Shown: positions 1 through 12,479 of the stretch, one piece after another
How positions within the stretch are numbered: position 1 is the stretch's first letter
Layout: each line of letters opens with the position of its first letter
NCBI GenBank assembly: GCA_951406725.2
Contig: OX597839.1
Span: 2,666,001 to 2,730,000 of the forward strand
DNA length: 64,000 nucleotides
Source of the DNA: Octopus vulgaris
Lineage: Eukaryota
Direction: 5' to 3'
Program-made: the position numbers and the translations under genes
Notes under the pieces: generated by a model
Told to the model about the DNA's origin: nothing
The model's database searches: none
Seen by the model: only the letters and a program-made list of their open reading frames with translations

Positions 1-65
1 TGCATATATATTAAACTGATAAGAGTAGATATTAGATGTTGATCTTAGCCATAAGACTGAGAAGT

Positions 66-129
<64 letters not shown>

Positions 130-408
130 GAGGGGAAATAAATTTGAAAGACAAAGAAACAGAGAATGAGAGAGCAAGAAAGAAACAAAGAAAGAGAGAC
201 ATACACAGAAGAAAATGCAGAGAGTAAAAGTTGTCTGTTTGTGGTGTATGTTTAAACTTGTACTTTATTTTATCAACGCAAGAAGAATACAATACAAAGT
301 TGCCACACTGGGATTTGGATACAGAACACAGACGAAGAAAACTAATAAAGTACAAAGCAATTTTTGAGAGACAGTCTACTGATTCCAAAAAATAATAATA
401 ATAACAAT

Positions 409-810
409 AGGCGCAGGAGTGGCTGTGTGGTAAGTAGCTTGCTAACCAACCACATGGTTCCGAGTTCAGTCCCACTGTGTGGCATCTTGGGCAGGTGTCT
501 TCTGCTATAGCCCCGGGCCGACCAATGCCTTGTGAGTGGATTTGGTAGACGGAAACTGAAAGAAGCTTGTCGTATATATGTATATATATATATGTGTATG
601 TGTGTGTTTGTGTGTCTGTGTTTGTCCCCCTAGCATTGCTTGACAACTGATGCTGGTGTGTTTACGTCTCCGTCACTTAGCGGTTCGGCAAAAGAGACCG
701 ATAGAATAAGTACTGGGCTTACAAAGAATGAGTCCTGGGGTCGATTGCTCGACTAAAGGCGGTGCTCCAGCATGGCCGCAGTCAAATGACTGAAACAAGT
801 AAAAGAGAGT
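409..810 (+). mobile_element. SINE-A (tRNA-headed, ~400 bp, central (TA/TG)n), full copy
   Basis: Head GGCGCAGGAGTGGCTGTGTGGTAAG..GTTCAGTCCC (A/B-box-like), tail ..GACTGAAACAAGTAAAAGAG; more than 20 full or partial copies in the window. Confidence 0.9.
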
Positions 811-1020
811 AATAATGATGATGATGCTGATGACGATGCTGATGATGATGAGGGACTCTCCTGTTCAAAGACAACATATATGATTGTTCAGCTTTTGCCA
901 AACGATCTGCACAAATAATTTGTTTATATTGATCCAATGTATGTGTTGTACATCAGCTCAATCCTTGCATGAAATCAACTTTGCCTGAAGAGGTGCACTG
1001 CACGTAATAATAATAATAAT

Positions 1021-1408
1021 GTGTGGTAAATAGCTTGCTTACCAACCACACGGTTCCGGGTTCAGTCCCACTGCGTGGCACCTTGGGCAAGTGTCTTGTA
1101 CTATAGCCTCGGGCCGACCAAAGCCTTGAGAGTGGATTTGGTAGACGGAAACTGAAAGAAGCCTGTCATATATAAATATATATATGTATATATGTGTGTT
1201 TGTGTGTCTGTGTTTGTCCCCCCAACATCGCTTGACAACCGCTGCTGGTATGTTTACGTCCCCGTTACTTAGCGATTCGGCAAAAGAGACCGATAGAATA
1301 AGTACTAGGCTTACAAAGAATAAGTCCTGGGGTCAATTTGCTCGACTAAAAGGCAGTGCTCCAGCATGGCCGCAGTCAAATGACTGAAACAAGTAAAAGA
1401 GTAAAAGA
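1021..1408 (+). mobile_element. SINE-A copy
   Basis: Homologous to 409-810. Confidence 0.9.
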
Positions 1409-3159
1409 ATAATAATAATAATAATAATAATAATACTATAGGCACAATGCTAGTCAATTACATCGACCCCAGAATTTCACTGGTACTTTCCTTATCAATC
1501 TCGAAAGGATGACAGACAAAGTGAACCTCTGCGAAATCCAAACTTAGAGTGTAAAGACAGATAAAATGCCACTAAGCACTTTGTGCAGTACACTAATGAT
1601 TCTACCTAACTGCTAAATTACAGGGAACACACACACACTGTTAAGCAGTGTGCAGTGAGAAACTCAGAGACAAAGACACATACACATGCGAGTGCCACAC
1701 AGCATCAGGAAAGGCATCCAGCTGTAGAAACCATACCACAACTGACAGCTGGAATCTGGACAGCTCCCAGCTAGCCAGCTCCATGCCAAACCATTCAACC
1801 CATGCCAGCACAGAAAGTGGGTGTTAAACAATGATGATGATGATTATTAGGAATTGTATAAGAAATTAAGATATTTGTAGAAGTGTATTGGAGATAAATT
1901 TTCACAATGTAATCTTATGTGGACCCCAAGGACCATATGAACTCCAGTTGAGAACCACTGAGTTAAAATGTATGTGATGTATTTATATACCAATGTGATG
2001 AGATGTTATAGAAAACTGTGGCAGTAATGGAGAAGCAAGCATTTATAGGATCATTTAGATTGCTAGAAATACAAGTCAAATCTCACGGAAAGAGGACATC
2101 AAACGATAATGGTGATAATGATGGTACAGAGGACATGTTGCTCCTAGTTTCCATCAACCAACTTCACTCACAAGGTCAGAGGCTATGGTAGAAAATACTT
2201 GCCCAAAGTACCAAGTAATGCAACAGAAACCAAAACCATGTGATTTTGTAGAGCAAACTTCTGAACCACCACACACCCATATCGAAAACTGAGTCATAAG
2301 CCAATATCATATCATATATAGAACTTTCTAGATGCCTGTTATTATATCTATGGGAGTGTTACAAGATGTATTTGGTCACCAACCAGTCACTAATTTGTAC
2401 TTCATGCATTGTTAAGCATTATCAATTAATTTTCTACTCAGCTAGTTTTCTTCTATGTGAACAAAGGACTACTAACTAAGTGTTCCGATTTCAAATCAAG
2501 CTGTGTGGGTAAGATATTTGCTTCCCAACCATCCGATTCAGGATACAGTCCCACTGTGTGGCACCTTGGGCAGATGTCTTCTACAATAGCCTCAGGCAGA
2601 CCAAAACATTTTGAGTGGATTTGGTAGATGAAAACTGAAAGAAGCCCACTGTATGTGTGTATGTGTGTGTACATGTGTGTGTATAAGTGTAAACAGGAAA
2701 AATAGAACTCAAAATATTTGTTGCTTCTGCTAAATATTAATTAAAAAAATACATATAAAGGCACAGGAGTTGCTGTGTAGTAAGTAGCTTGCTTACCAAC
2801 CACATAGTTCCGGGTTCAGCCCTACTGCGTGGCACCTTGGGCAAGTATCTTCTACTATAGTTTCGGGCCAACCAAAGCCTTGTGAGTGAATTTGGTAGAC
2901 GGAAACTGAAAGAAGCCCGTCACATGTATGTGTGTGTGTGTGTCCAACATTGCTTGACAACACAACAAAACAACCCAACAGACATTTGTTCTGTTAAGCA
3001 GACATCTGAAAGCATGCATTATTGGCTCACACTGATTGATTGATTGATTTCTATAAGTGATATTGATCTACATATTGATTATCTCACTTCAACAGAATCG
3101 TTTGTATTGTGACGATGGCAATGGTGATAGTGACATTACCATCACTTCATCTGTTACTG

Positions 3160-3165
3160 ACGTGT

Positions 3166-3197
<32 letters not shown>

Positions 3198-3395
3198 TGA
3201 TGTGTGAGTGTACGTGACTGTGTAGATATATGTTTGTGGACATTTGTGGACAGATGGGGGTGGAGGTGGAGTTGATGATCTCTTTAGTAAGGAAAAAGCT
3301 AAGAGTGAGATAGTGAAAGTAACATAGAGAGAGAGACAGAGAAGCAGAGTGAAAGAGAAGGAGAGTGAGAGTGAGAGAGAGTGAAAGAATGTGCA

Positions 3396-3426
<31 letters not shown>

Positions 3427-3989
3427 CAAACAGACACAGAGAGAGTGAAGGTGTGTGTGTGAGAGAGAGAGAGAGACAGACAGACACAGAGAGAGTGAAA
3501 GTGAAGGTGTGTGTGAGTATGAGAGTGCATGTGTGTGTGTGTGTGAGAGAGAGCAAGAGAGAGTGCATGCAGGTGTGTGTATGTGTGTGTGTGTTGTGTG
3601 TGCATGCTTCTGTGAGTAGAAGAGAGGATGTGTTTGTGGATATTTGTGGATGGATGTGGTGAGGGTGGGGGAGCTGAACGTATCCTTATCTATGTGGGAA
3701 AAAAATGAGAGAAAAATAAGAAAAAGAGAGAGAGAAAGATGTGTGTGTGTACATAGATGTGTGGATGTGTGTGGCTATAAGGATATAGAATTGAGCTTGT
3801 ATATGGCAGGGAGGGGCGGAAGTTCAATGTGTCCACTTCTTTATGGAAAGGAAAAGTTGAGAGAGTATGAAGGAGTGAACAGGAGAAAGAGAAACAGAAT
3901 GCATGTGTGTGTGTGTATGTGCTTCTCAGTGTGTGTGTGTGTGTGTGTGGGCATGTGGTGTGTGTGTATGTGTGTGTGTGTGTGTGTGT

Positions 3990-4022
<33 letters not shown>

Positions 4023-4180
4023 TTATGTCCTTTTTATATATATGTGGTATGTATGTAAAGCAAAACAGACAACAGAGTCTGCACATGTGTATGTGGAAAT
4101 CCTTTCTATGTGGAAATTTATGTGCGGAAAAGAGAGAAAGAGACAAAAGTGAGGTTTTACAGAGCATGCGTGTGTGTGTG
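3160..4180. repeat. Compound (TG)n/(AG)n microsatellite region
   Basis: Direct inspection. Confidence 0.9.
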
Positions 4181-4272
4181 TGTGTTGCATATATTTGGAA
4201 TTGTACATGATAAGGACGAACATAGGTGAAGTCCATGTATGCATGTGGAAGCATATTATAGTAAATGTCCAC

Positions 4273-4690
4273 AGCAGTGGCTGTGTGGTAAGTAGCTTGC
4301 TAACCAGCCACACGGTTCCGGGTTCAGTCCCACTGTGTGGCATCTTGGGCAAGTGTCTTCTGCTATAGCCCCGGGCCGACCAATACCTTGTGAGTGGATT
4401 TGGTAGATGGAAACTGAAAGAAGCCCGTCGTATATATGTATATATATGTATATTATGTGTGTGTGTGTGTGTGTGTGTGTCTGTTTGTTCCCCTAGCATT
4501 GCTTGACAACCGATGCTGGTGTGTTTACGTCTCTGTCACTTAGTGGTTCGGCAAAAGAGACCGATAGAATAAATACTGGGCTTACAAAGAATAAGTCCCT
4601 GGGGTCAATTTGTTCGACTGAAGGCGGTGCTCCAGCATGGCCGCAGTCAAATGACTGAAACAAGTAAAAGAGTAAAAGAGAGTAAAGAGC
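4273..4690 (+). mobile_element. SINE-A copy
   Basis: Homologous to 409-810. Confidence 0.9.
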
Positions 4691-4927
4691 AGTAATACAT
4701 GTGCACATGTCCATAATATTAATAAAAGTGTGTACATCTATCTATAACAGAATGCAAATATTGGTTACAAATTTTGTCACAAGGTCAGCAATTTCAGGTG
4801 TGGGGGATAAGTCAATAACATTGACCCCAGTTTTCAACTGGTTCTTATTTTATCAACCCCAAAAGGATGAAAAGCAAAACTGACTTCAGTGGAGTTGAAC
4901 TCAGAATGTAAAAATGGATGAAATACC

Positions 4928-5158
4928 TATTTCTTTACTACCCACAAGGGGCTAAACACAGAGAGGATAAACAAGGACAGCCAGATGGATTAAATCGGTT
5001 ATATTGACCCCAGTGCGTAACTGGTACTTAGTTTATCGACCCCGAAAGGATGAAAGGCAAAGTCGACCTCAGCGGAATTTGAACTCAGAACATAGCGGCA
5101 GACGAAATACTGCTCAGCATCTCGCCTGGCGTGCTGTTTCTGCCAGCTCACCGCCTTT
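4928..5158 (-). mobile_element. SINE-B (~230 bp) nested in an older SINE-B
   Basis: Head AGGCGGTGAGCTGGCAGAA..GAGTTCAAATTCC, tail ..GTAAAGAAATA; 16-bp TSD AAATGGATGAAATACC at 4912-4927 and 5159-5174. Confidence 0.9.
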
Positions 5159-5226
5159 AAATGGATGAAATACCATTAAGTATTTTGCACAATGTGCTAA
5201 CAATTCTGCCAGTTTGTCACTTTACA

Positions 5227-6135
5227 TACGAGGGTGGTTCATTAAAGATCTGCCCTGACCCACTTCCAGTTATTGCAGGAAACGGAACTTGTACATGTAG
5301 AATCATACATGTCTCTACATGTCACATTCTAAATTGCATCTTTCCACTATTATTCGTTTGTCTTTTACGGCTGCTGAAGTAGACTAAGGTGTTATAATGG
5401 AGGCAATTAAATGCAGATCAGTGATCAGGATCTTATACTTGAAAGGCCATACACCAAAAGAGACTTTCGATGAGATGAAAGAAGTTTATGGTGATGATGC
5501 ACCATCCTACAACGTAGTCATACACTGGCATCATCAGTTTAAACGTGGTTGGACATCAGTGGAAACTGCTCCTATTCCTGGATGGCCACATTCTGCCATT
5601 GATGATGACACCATTCATGAAGTGGAAGCCGCCATTTTGGAGGATCACCTCATAACTATTCGCCAGCTAGCTCAAGAAGTGAAGATAAGTGTAAAGTCCA
5701 TGGGAAAAATCATTCACGACCATTTACACACGTAGAAGTTGTCTGCACGATGGATTCTCTGGATGCTCACACCTTTTCAGGAGCAGGAATGAGTCAATTG
5801 TCCTCAGGTTATTTTGCAATGAGCCAAGAAAACAGGAAGGACTTTTTGGGGTAGATTTATCACACAGGATGAAACATGGATCCATCACTATGATCCTGAA
5901 ACTAAAGTCCAGGCAAAGCAATAGAAACATGAGAACTCATCACCTCCAAAGAAGGCTCAATTCCAACCCTCAGAAGGCAAGGTGATGCTCAGTCTTTTGG
6001 AACAAGCACAGAATAGTGATGACAGATTTTCTGGCAAAGGGCACCAAAATTAACAGGGCATATTATGCTTCTTTGCTGCAGAAATTGCAGGATGCTATCA
6101 AAGCAGAGAGGTATGGCATGCTGAGTCCACCTCCT
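5227..6135 (+). mobile_element. Decayed mariner-family transposon, 3'-truncated
   Basis: Starts TA|CGAGGG (mariner-type TIR start). ORF 5397-5735 gives the HTH region, followed through stops/frameshifts by KLSARWI, RFITQDETWIHHYDPETK and DFLAKGTKINRAYYASLLQKLQDAIK. Confidence 0.92.
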
Positions 6136-6144
6136 CAACAACAC

Positions 6145-6695
6145 AAACTGACCATATCTGGCCTCTCACACCTACCTTACAATGTTTACATCATCAAAAC
6201 CATGAAGCAACAAGATAATACATGGTTAATTGAAAACTAGGTGAATAAATAAGCATCACATTCAACAGAGTAATGTGAATGCTAAAGGGTTAAACCTCAC
6301 ACCCAGCCCAAATATTCTGCCTGTTTTTTGTTCAAACTGGCTAGATCTAGCCTCTCATACCTACCCAACAATGTCATTCTGAAAATATACAATCACATCA
6401 TTAAAACCTTGAAGCAACAAGATAATGCATGATTAATTTAAAACTATGGGAATAATTATGCATTACATTTGAGAGAGTAATCTGAATATTAAAGGGTTAA
6501 ACCAGCCATATCCAGCCCAAATATTATGCCAGTTTTATGCTGAAACTGATCAGATCTAGCCTCTCACACCTATCCTACAATGTACAATCCTATCATTAAA
6601 ATCTTGAAGCTACAAGATAATGCATAATTAATTCAAAACTGTGTGAATAAATAAGCATCACATTTGACAGAGCAATCTGAATGCTAAAAGGGTTA
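6145..6695. mobile_element. Three head-to-tail copies of a ~200-bp TTAA (piggyBac-type) MITE
   Basis: Units end AAAGGGTTAA at ~6292, ~6500 and ~6695; same family (opposite orientation) as 45283-45510 and 53470-53691. Confidence 0.8.
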
Positions 6696-6929
6696 AGACA
6701 GACGTTGATCTGGCTGCTATTTCTGGCAGGTGACTGACCATATAGGGACTCTCTTGTTAGTTTATGTCATTATGTGTGCTGTCCATTGATGCTGGCTCCT
6801 TGCTTACATTGTTAAATGGCATATGTGTGAGTATGTTTATGTTGTAAACAAAAGTTATAAAAGTTGGCCATTGAACATTTTGGCTCAAATTTTGCTAAAT
6901 TTGGTTTCGAGTTCTTTTGCCAATTTATA

Positions 6930-7565
6930 TTTATACATCTATCTAACCATCTCTCTATCTCTCCACCTACCTACCAGACTCCTTCATTCCCTCCTGCAAA
7001 AACACTGTTGATTGCTCTGACCATTTCTATTTATCTATCCATCTACCCTTGATAAATATATCTATTTATCTAACTACATGCCTACGTCGCTCTACAATCA
7101 TCGAGCTGCCTTTCCACCTGTTTGTCTGTCTGCTATCTCTCTACCTGTTAATCTATCTACCAGTATATCTCTCTATCTATTTACCTGATCATCTGGCTGC
7201 CCTTCCACCTATCTGTTTGCCTAACTACCAATCAATCTGTCAGTATATATCTATCTATCTATCTCTGATCATCTGTCTGCCCTTCCGCCTATCAGTCTGT
7301 CTGCCTGCTTGTCTATTAATCTCTCTATCTGCCTATCAATCTATCTATCCGTCTAGCTGCCTATATATCTATCTATCTATCAATCAGTCTATCTATCTGC
7401 CTATCAATCTATCTATCGGCTTATCTATCTGTCAATCAATCTATGTATCTATCTATCAATCTGTCTATCTATCTATCTGTCTGTCTGTCTGTCAATCTGT
7501 GTATCTATCACTCTATCTATCAATCTGTCTATCAATCTGTCTCTCTAGCTATCCACTACTATCCA
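6930..7565. repeat. Degenerate (TCTA/TCTG)n tetranucleotide microsatellite
   Basis: Direct inspection. Confidence 0.9.
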
Positions 7566-8934
7566 TTACAGAAGAGAATCTGAAATAATTCAGAAAACTT
7601 AAAAGTAAGAGCACAACACGTTTCCTAGTCCAGGGACCAAAACCTCAACCTTACCACTAAACCACATGCTTCCACAACCACCCCATTGCCCTACACGGGT
7701 ACTTTATCAACTCCAAACAAATGAAAGGCATGGTCTTCTGCATAAAAGGGTATGATGCTTGCAAGAGAACTGCAATGTTGCCTGGTAGCAAGGTGACAAT
7801 AGTTGACTTGTTTTTTCTGGGAAGACATTCTGAAGTTCTACAAGATAAGGGGTCTTTTAATGAAATGTAATAAAAGAAAAAAAATGGTATTCATTTTGAC
7901 AAAGTGACATTCATCATCATCATCACCATTTCATGTCTGTTTCCCATGCTGGCATGGGTTGGATGGTTTCTGAGGTTGGTTGCCCTTCCTGAGGTCAACC
8001 CCTTTACAATTTACTTGGCATTGGCATAGGTGCTTATGATGTTGTCTGTCACGGGTGTCATTTACATGACTCAACAGAGGTGCCTTTTACGTGGTGTTGG
8101 TACAGGTAATTTTTACATAGCACCCGCACAGGTGCTCTTTATGAGGCACCAGCCCGGGGCTCTTGCAAGGCAAAAACCCCTTCAGCTGGGAGGGGAGCAT
8201 TAGCAATTCTGCTGTGATGAACATGTCTTCTTGGGAAAAGCAAGGTGCCAAATATCTCAGTCCTTTGTCATCTCCTTTGTAAGGCTCAGTGTCTTGAGAT
8301 CAGCCTTCAATATATTTCGTTTCCTTTTACAAAATAATTCTCTCTAAAACAATTCCGGTATTGTTTAATGTTCTATTAAAATTAGGGTGGAGGGGGTTTG
8401 TTCATGAAATATTGGTTGGTGTCCCACAATATTTGGAAAATTGTGTAACATGCTACATAAACATTATAAGACCTTGCTTCCCACCCACTTGGTTTCAGGT
8501 TCAGTTCCACTGCACGGTACCTTGGGCAAGTGTCTTCAACTACAGACTTGGGCCGACTGAAGCCTTTTGAGTAGAACTAGTTTCAGAAACTGAAAGAAGT
8601 GTGTCATATGCTGGTGCCACATTAAAAGCACACACTGTAAAGTGGTTGGCATTTGGAAGGGCATCCAGTCATAGAAACCAAGCCAAATCAGACTGGAACC
8701 TCTCCAGCTTGCCAGCTCTGGTCAAACTGTCCGACCCATACCAGCATGGAGACAGATATTAAAGGATGATGATGATGATGATGAGAATGATCATATATAT
8801 TTGTGGATGTATAAGTACTTATGTCTCCAGCTGCAGAAAATATCCTACAAAGAACACTAAACCTATAATAATATTTAAAAGGATTTATGTAAATAAATTA
8901 CTATACGTTTCCATAAAGGACTTATTATCATTCT

Positions 8935-9390
8935 ACTTTTTAACTTTTACTTGTTTCAGTCATTAAACCGTGGCCTTGCTGGGGCACCACTTCAAAGAAT
9001 TTTAGTTGAACAAATCGACCCCCAATACTTATTTTCTTTTTAAAGCCTGGTATTTATTTTATCAGTCACTTTTGTCAAACAACTAAGTTGTTGGATGTAA
9101 GCACACCAACATGGTTGTCAAGTAGTGGTGAGGGACAAACACAGACACAAAAACACACACACACACAAATACACATACACACAGATATATGTGTGGTGAG
9201 GGGCAAACAGACACAGGCACATACACACAATGGGCTTCTTTCAGTTTCCATCTAGCAAATCCACTCACTAGGTTTGGGTCAGCCCAAGGCTATAAAAAAA
9301 AAAATTGTCCAATGTGCCATACAGTGGGACTGAACTTGAGACCTTGTGGTTGGGAAGCAAACTTCTTACCACACAGCCACACCTGTGCCT
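8935..9390 (-). mobile_element. SINE-A copy (older)
   Basis: Reverse-complement homology with CpG decay. Confidence 0.8.
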
Positions 9391-10513
9391 TTTATTATAT
9401 ATTTATATGATAAACATCCATAATTTCATCAGCAACTGAAATCTAAATAAATGTTTAAAATGAAGAAAAATATACATTTTACAATCCAACCCAAGCCAGC
9501 ATGGAACATAGAAGTTAATTGGTGATGATGTTCATGTTTAGAAAATAATGTTTGATTGAATCTAGAAAAAAATAAAATCACAGGAAACAACAGTTACAGG
9601 AAATGATATTTATGGAAAAAAAATGTTACAGGTAAACTATTACAAATAACAGATTTAATGGATTTACTTCTAGGTTTGTTGTTTTACTTGCAATTTTATA
9701 CTAAACAGGATTTTTTTCTCATAGATCTAACATTTTTTTTTATATAAATTGTTATTACGTACAACCTCAGTTAATAAGAAAATTAAATAATTATTTGTTT
9801 AATTATTTTATGGGTATTTTATTGAAGTGTTGACATTTTATTTCTGTGAACTTAAGAGTGTTGTAGTTCACTTGAAGCACTGCAGTCCAGAAGTAGAAAA
9901 ATGAAACAGGAGGGAAATTAAGCTTCTAACAATGCAAGAACAAAAAAAAAATATATAAGAAAACCTTTACATTTCAGGCTCAAAGGTGTATCTTCAGAAG
10001 GAAGCAGTCCGAGAAATGTGTATTTCTTCGACTGCTTCTTTCTGAAGATAAGCCATTGCATTCAAAATATAAAGTTTGCTTTCATTCTCTATCTCTGTGA
10101 ACTTATTTCCCAGCCTCATTTCTGGCTTTTTTTTTATCAGTGATTTACGTAATTATTTAATTGTCATGGTGATTTTATAGCTGTTCACCATCCTTGTCAT
10201 AATCATCATCATTCTTTAATATCCCTGTTCCATCACTGCATTGTGCTCCAATTGTCTGCTTTGCCATGGTTTCTACAGCTGGATGCCCTCCTAATGCCAA
10301 CCACTCAACAACATGTATTGAATGCTTTATTTCAAGTTACCAGCACCACAGAGGTTGCTGTGCAGCTTACAAGACTACATACCAAGGGGAAAGGATTTGC
10401 TTTATGCTAGGGCAGTAGTTCTCAACCACTTTTCTTTACCTATGGACCCTTTTATTATTTTTTCTAGTGGATCCCCATAGCCATTCAATGTTTTTTTTTT
10501 GCATTAAATACAT

Positions 10514-11410
10514 CTAAAGGTAGATTGTACAATGCATGTGTGTGAACTGCAATGCTTCACAGCAGTGAAACATGGGCTGTGACTGCGTAGGCTCAAAAGA
10601 AATGGAGCTAGCATGATCCGTTGGATGTGTAATGTCAGTGAACACACGACAGAGTGTAAGCACCCTGAGAGAAATGTTGGACATAAGAAGCATCAGATGT
10701 GACTGCAAGAGAGACATTTGCGTTGGTATGGTCATGTACTATGGATGGATAAGGAGAGCTGTGTGAAGAAGTTCCACTCCCAAACAGTGGAAGGAATCCA
10801 GGGTAGAGGGAGACCCAGGAAGACATGGGATGAGGTGGCAAAGCATGACCTTCAAACATTGGGCCTCACAGAGGCAATGGCAAAAACTGAGAACTCTGGA
10901 GATATGCTGTGACTGAGAAGACCCGGCAAATAAAGTGAATTCACAACTGTAACCTACACCAGTGTCGCATAACCAACCCACTCAAAAAGTACCTTGATCA
11001 TAGGGTAACATGTCATGCTTAAGGAGACCTACTGAGTCAAGTACAAAATCGAATCAAATCACAATCAAATGGAAATTGTAGTTGTGGTCCCTGTGCCAGT
11101 ATCACATAAAAAGCACCATCTGAATGTGGCCGATGCCAGTGCTGCCTTGACTGGCTTCTGTGCTGGTGGCACGTAAAAAGTACCATCCAATCATGGTTGA
11201 TGCCAGCCTCCTCTGGCCCCTGTGCTGGTGGCATGTAAAAAAGCATCCACTTCTCTCGGAGTGGTTGGTGTTAGGAAGGGCATTCAGCTGTAGAAACACT
11301 GCCAGATCAGACTGGAGCCTGGCACAGCCGCCTGGCTTCCCAGACCCCAGTCGAACCATCCAACCCATGCCAGCATGGAAAACAGACGTTAAACGATAAT
11401 GATGATGATA
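10514..11410 (+). mobile_element. 5'-truncated RTE-clade LINE (RT C-terminus + 3'UTR + (GAT)n tail)
   Basis: RWYGHVLWMD..CVKK..VEG..GRGRPRKTW motif; 3'UTR with repeated GGCACGTAAAAAGCACC units, then AGGAAGGGCATCCAGCTGTAGAAAC and ..GACGTTAAAC(GAT)n. Confidence 0.88.
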
Positions 11411-11989
11411 ATGTGAAATAATTCTTTTTTTGTTGTTTGTTTTTTGGAACAGTGAAACTAGCTATAAATAATGGCCTGTAAATACTGGGTCAAAAAATAC
11501 ATTTAGAGAGAAAAAATTGAAGGCTGCAACATCTTGAACTCATTGGTTACTTAATGTTAGCTGTTTGTTACCAAAAAGCCTTTGATTCCCAAAACAATCA
11601 CAATAAGTGAGTTTTGACTTGAAAAACCCTTAAAAGTATTAATAGAAACCAGCAAACACCAAGGCCAGTTGAGCTTCTTAATATATTTCCTCTCCTCTTT
11701 CTCCTCCTGAAAACCATTTTCTACACTTCCTACATCCTCACCCGCCTTCCTAATTCATTCATTCATTAAACCTCCCTGACCCCAGTACGAAAAACAGTGA
11801 CTACTATGGCTTAGGGATTCTAGCATAGCTCATCTACTGCTATGCTATTCATACTGTCAGCTGTTTGAACCATTTCAAACAGTTGAGCTAGATATACCAA
11901 GATAATTGAAAAGATCCCTATTGTGCCATTTTTACAACAATGAACAATCTCTCAGCATTTCATGATATTTTGCTAATATAAAACTATAT

Positions 11990-12368
11990 AGAAATGGCTG
12001 TGTACCACATGGTTCCTCGTTCCCCCCTGTCTTCTGCTATAGCCCCGGGCCGACCAATGCCTTGTGAGTGGATTTGGTAGACGGAAACTGAAAGAAGCCT
12101 GTCGTATATATGTATATATATATATATATATGTATGTGTGTTTGTTTGTGTGTCTGTGCTTGTCCCCCTAGTATTGCTTGACAACCGATGCTGGTGTGTT
12201 TATGTCCCCGTTACTTAGCAGTTCGGCAAAAGAGACCGATAGAATAAGTACTGAGCTTACAAAAAGAATAAGTCCCGGGGTCGAGTTGCTCGATTAAAGG
12301 CGGTGCTCCAGCATGGCCGCAGACAAATGACTGAAACAAGTAAAAGAGTAAAAGAGAGAGTAAAGAGT
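11990..12368 (+). mobile_element. SINE-A copy with deleted head segment
   Basis: Homologous to 409-810 with internal deletions in the head. Confidence 0.85.
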
Positions 12369-12479
12369 ATATACATGTAAGTGTGTGTAGGTATGTATAT
12401 ATAAACTCTGTGCATGTGTGTGCAAATATGAAAAAAAATACACACACACGTGTATGTGTGTGTCTATATATGTATGTGT

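Noticed and set aside
65-646. Recurrent peptides such as LLSVSVYQIHSQG..EDTCPRCH and RQASFSFRLPNPLTR
   Set aside because: Read-through of the non-coding SINE-A; they recur only because the SINE does.
5397-5735. Domesticated mariner (SETMAR-like) gene
   Set aside because: Premature stops, frameshifts and truncation before the catalytic triad is complete.
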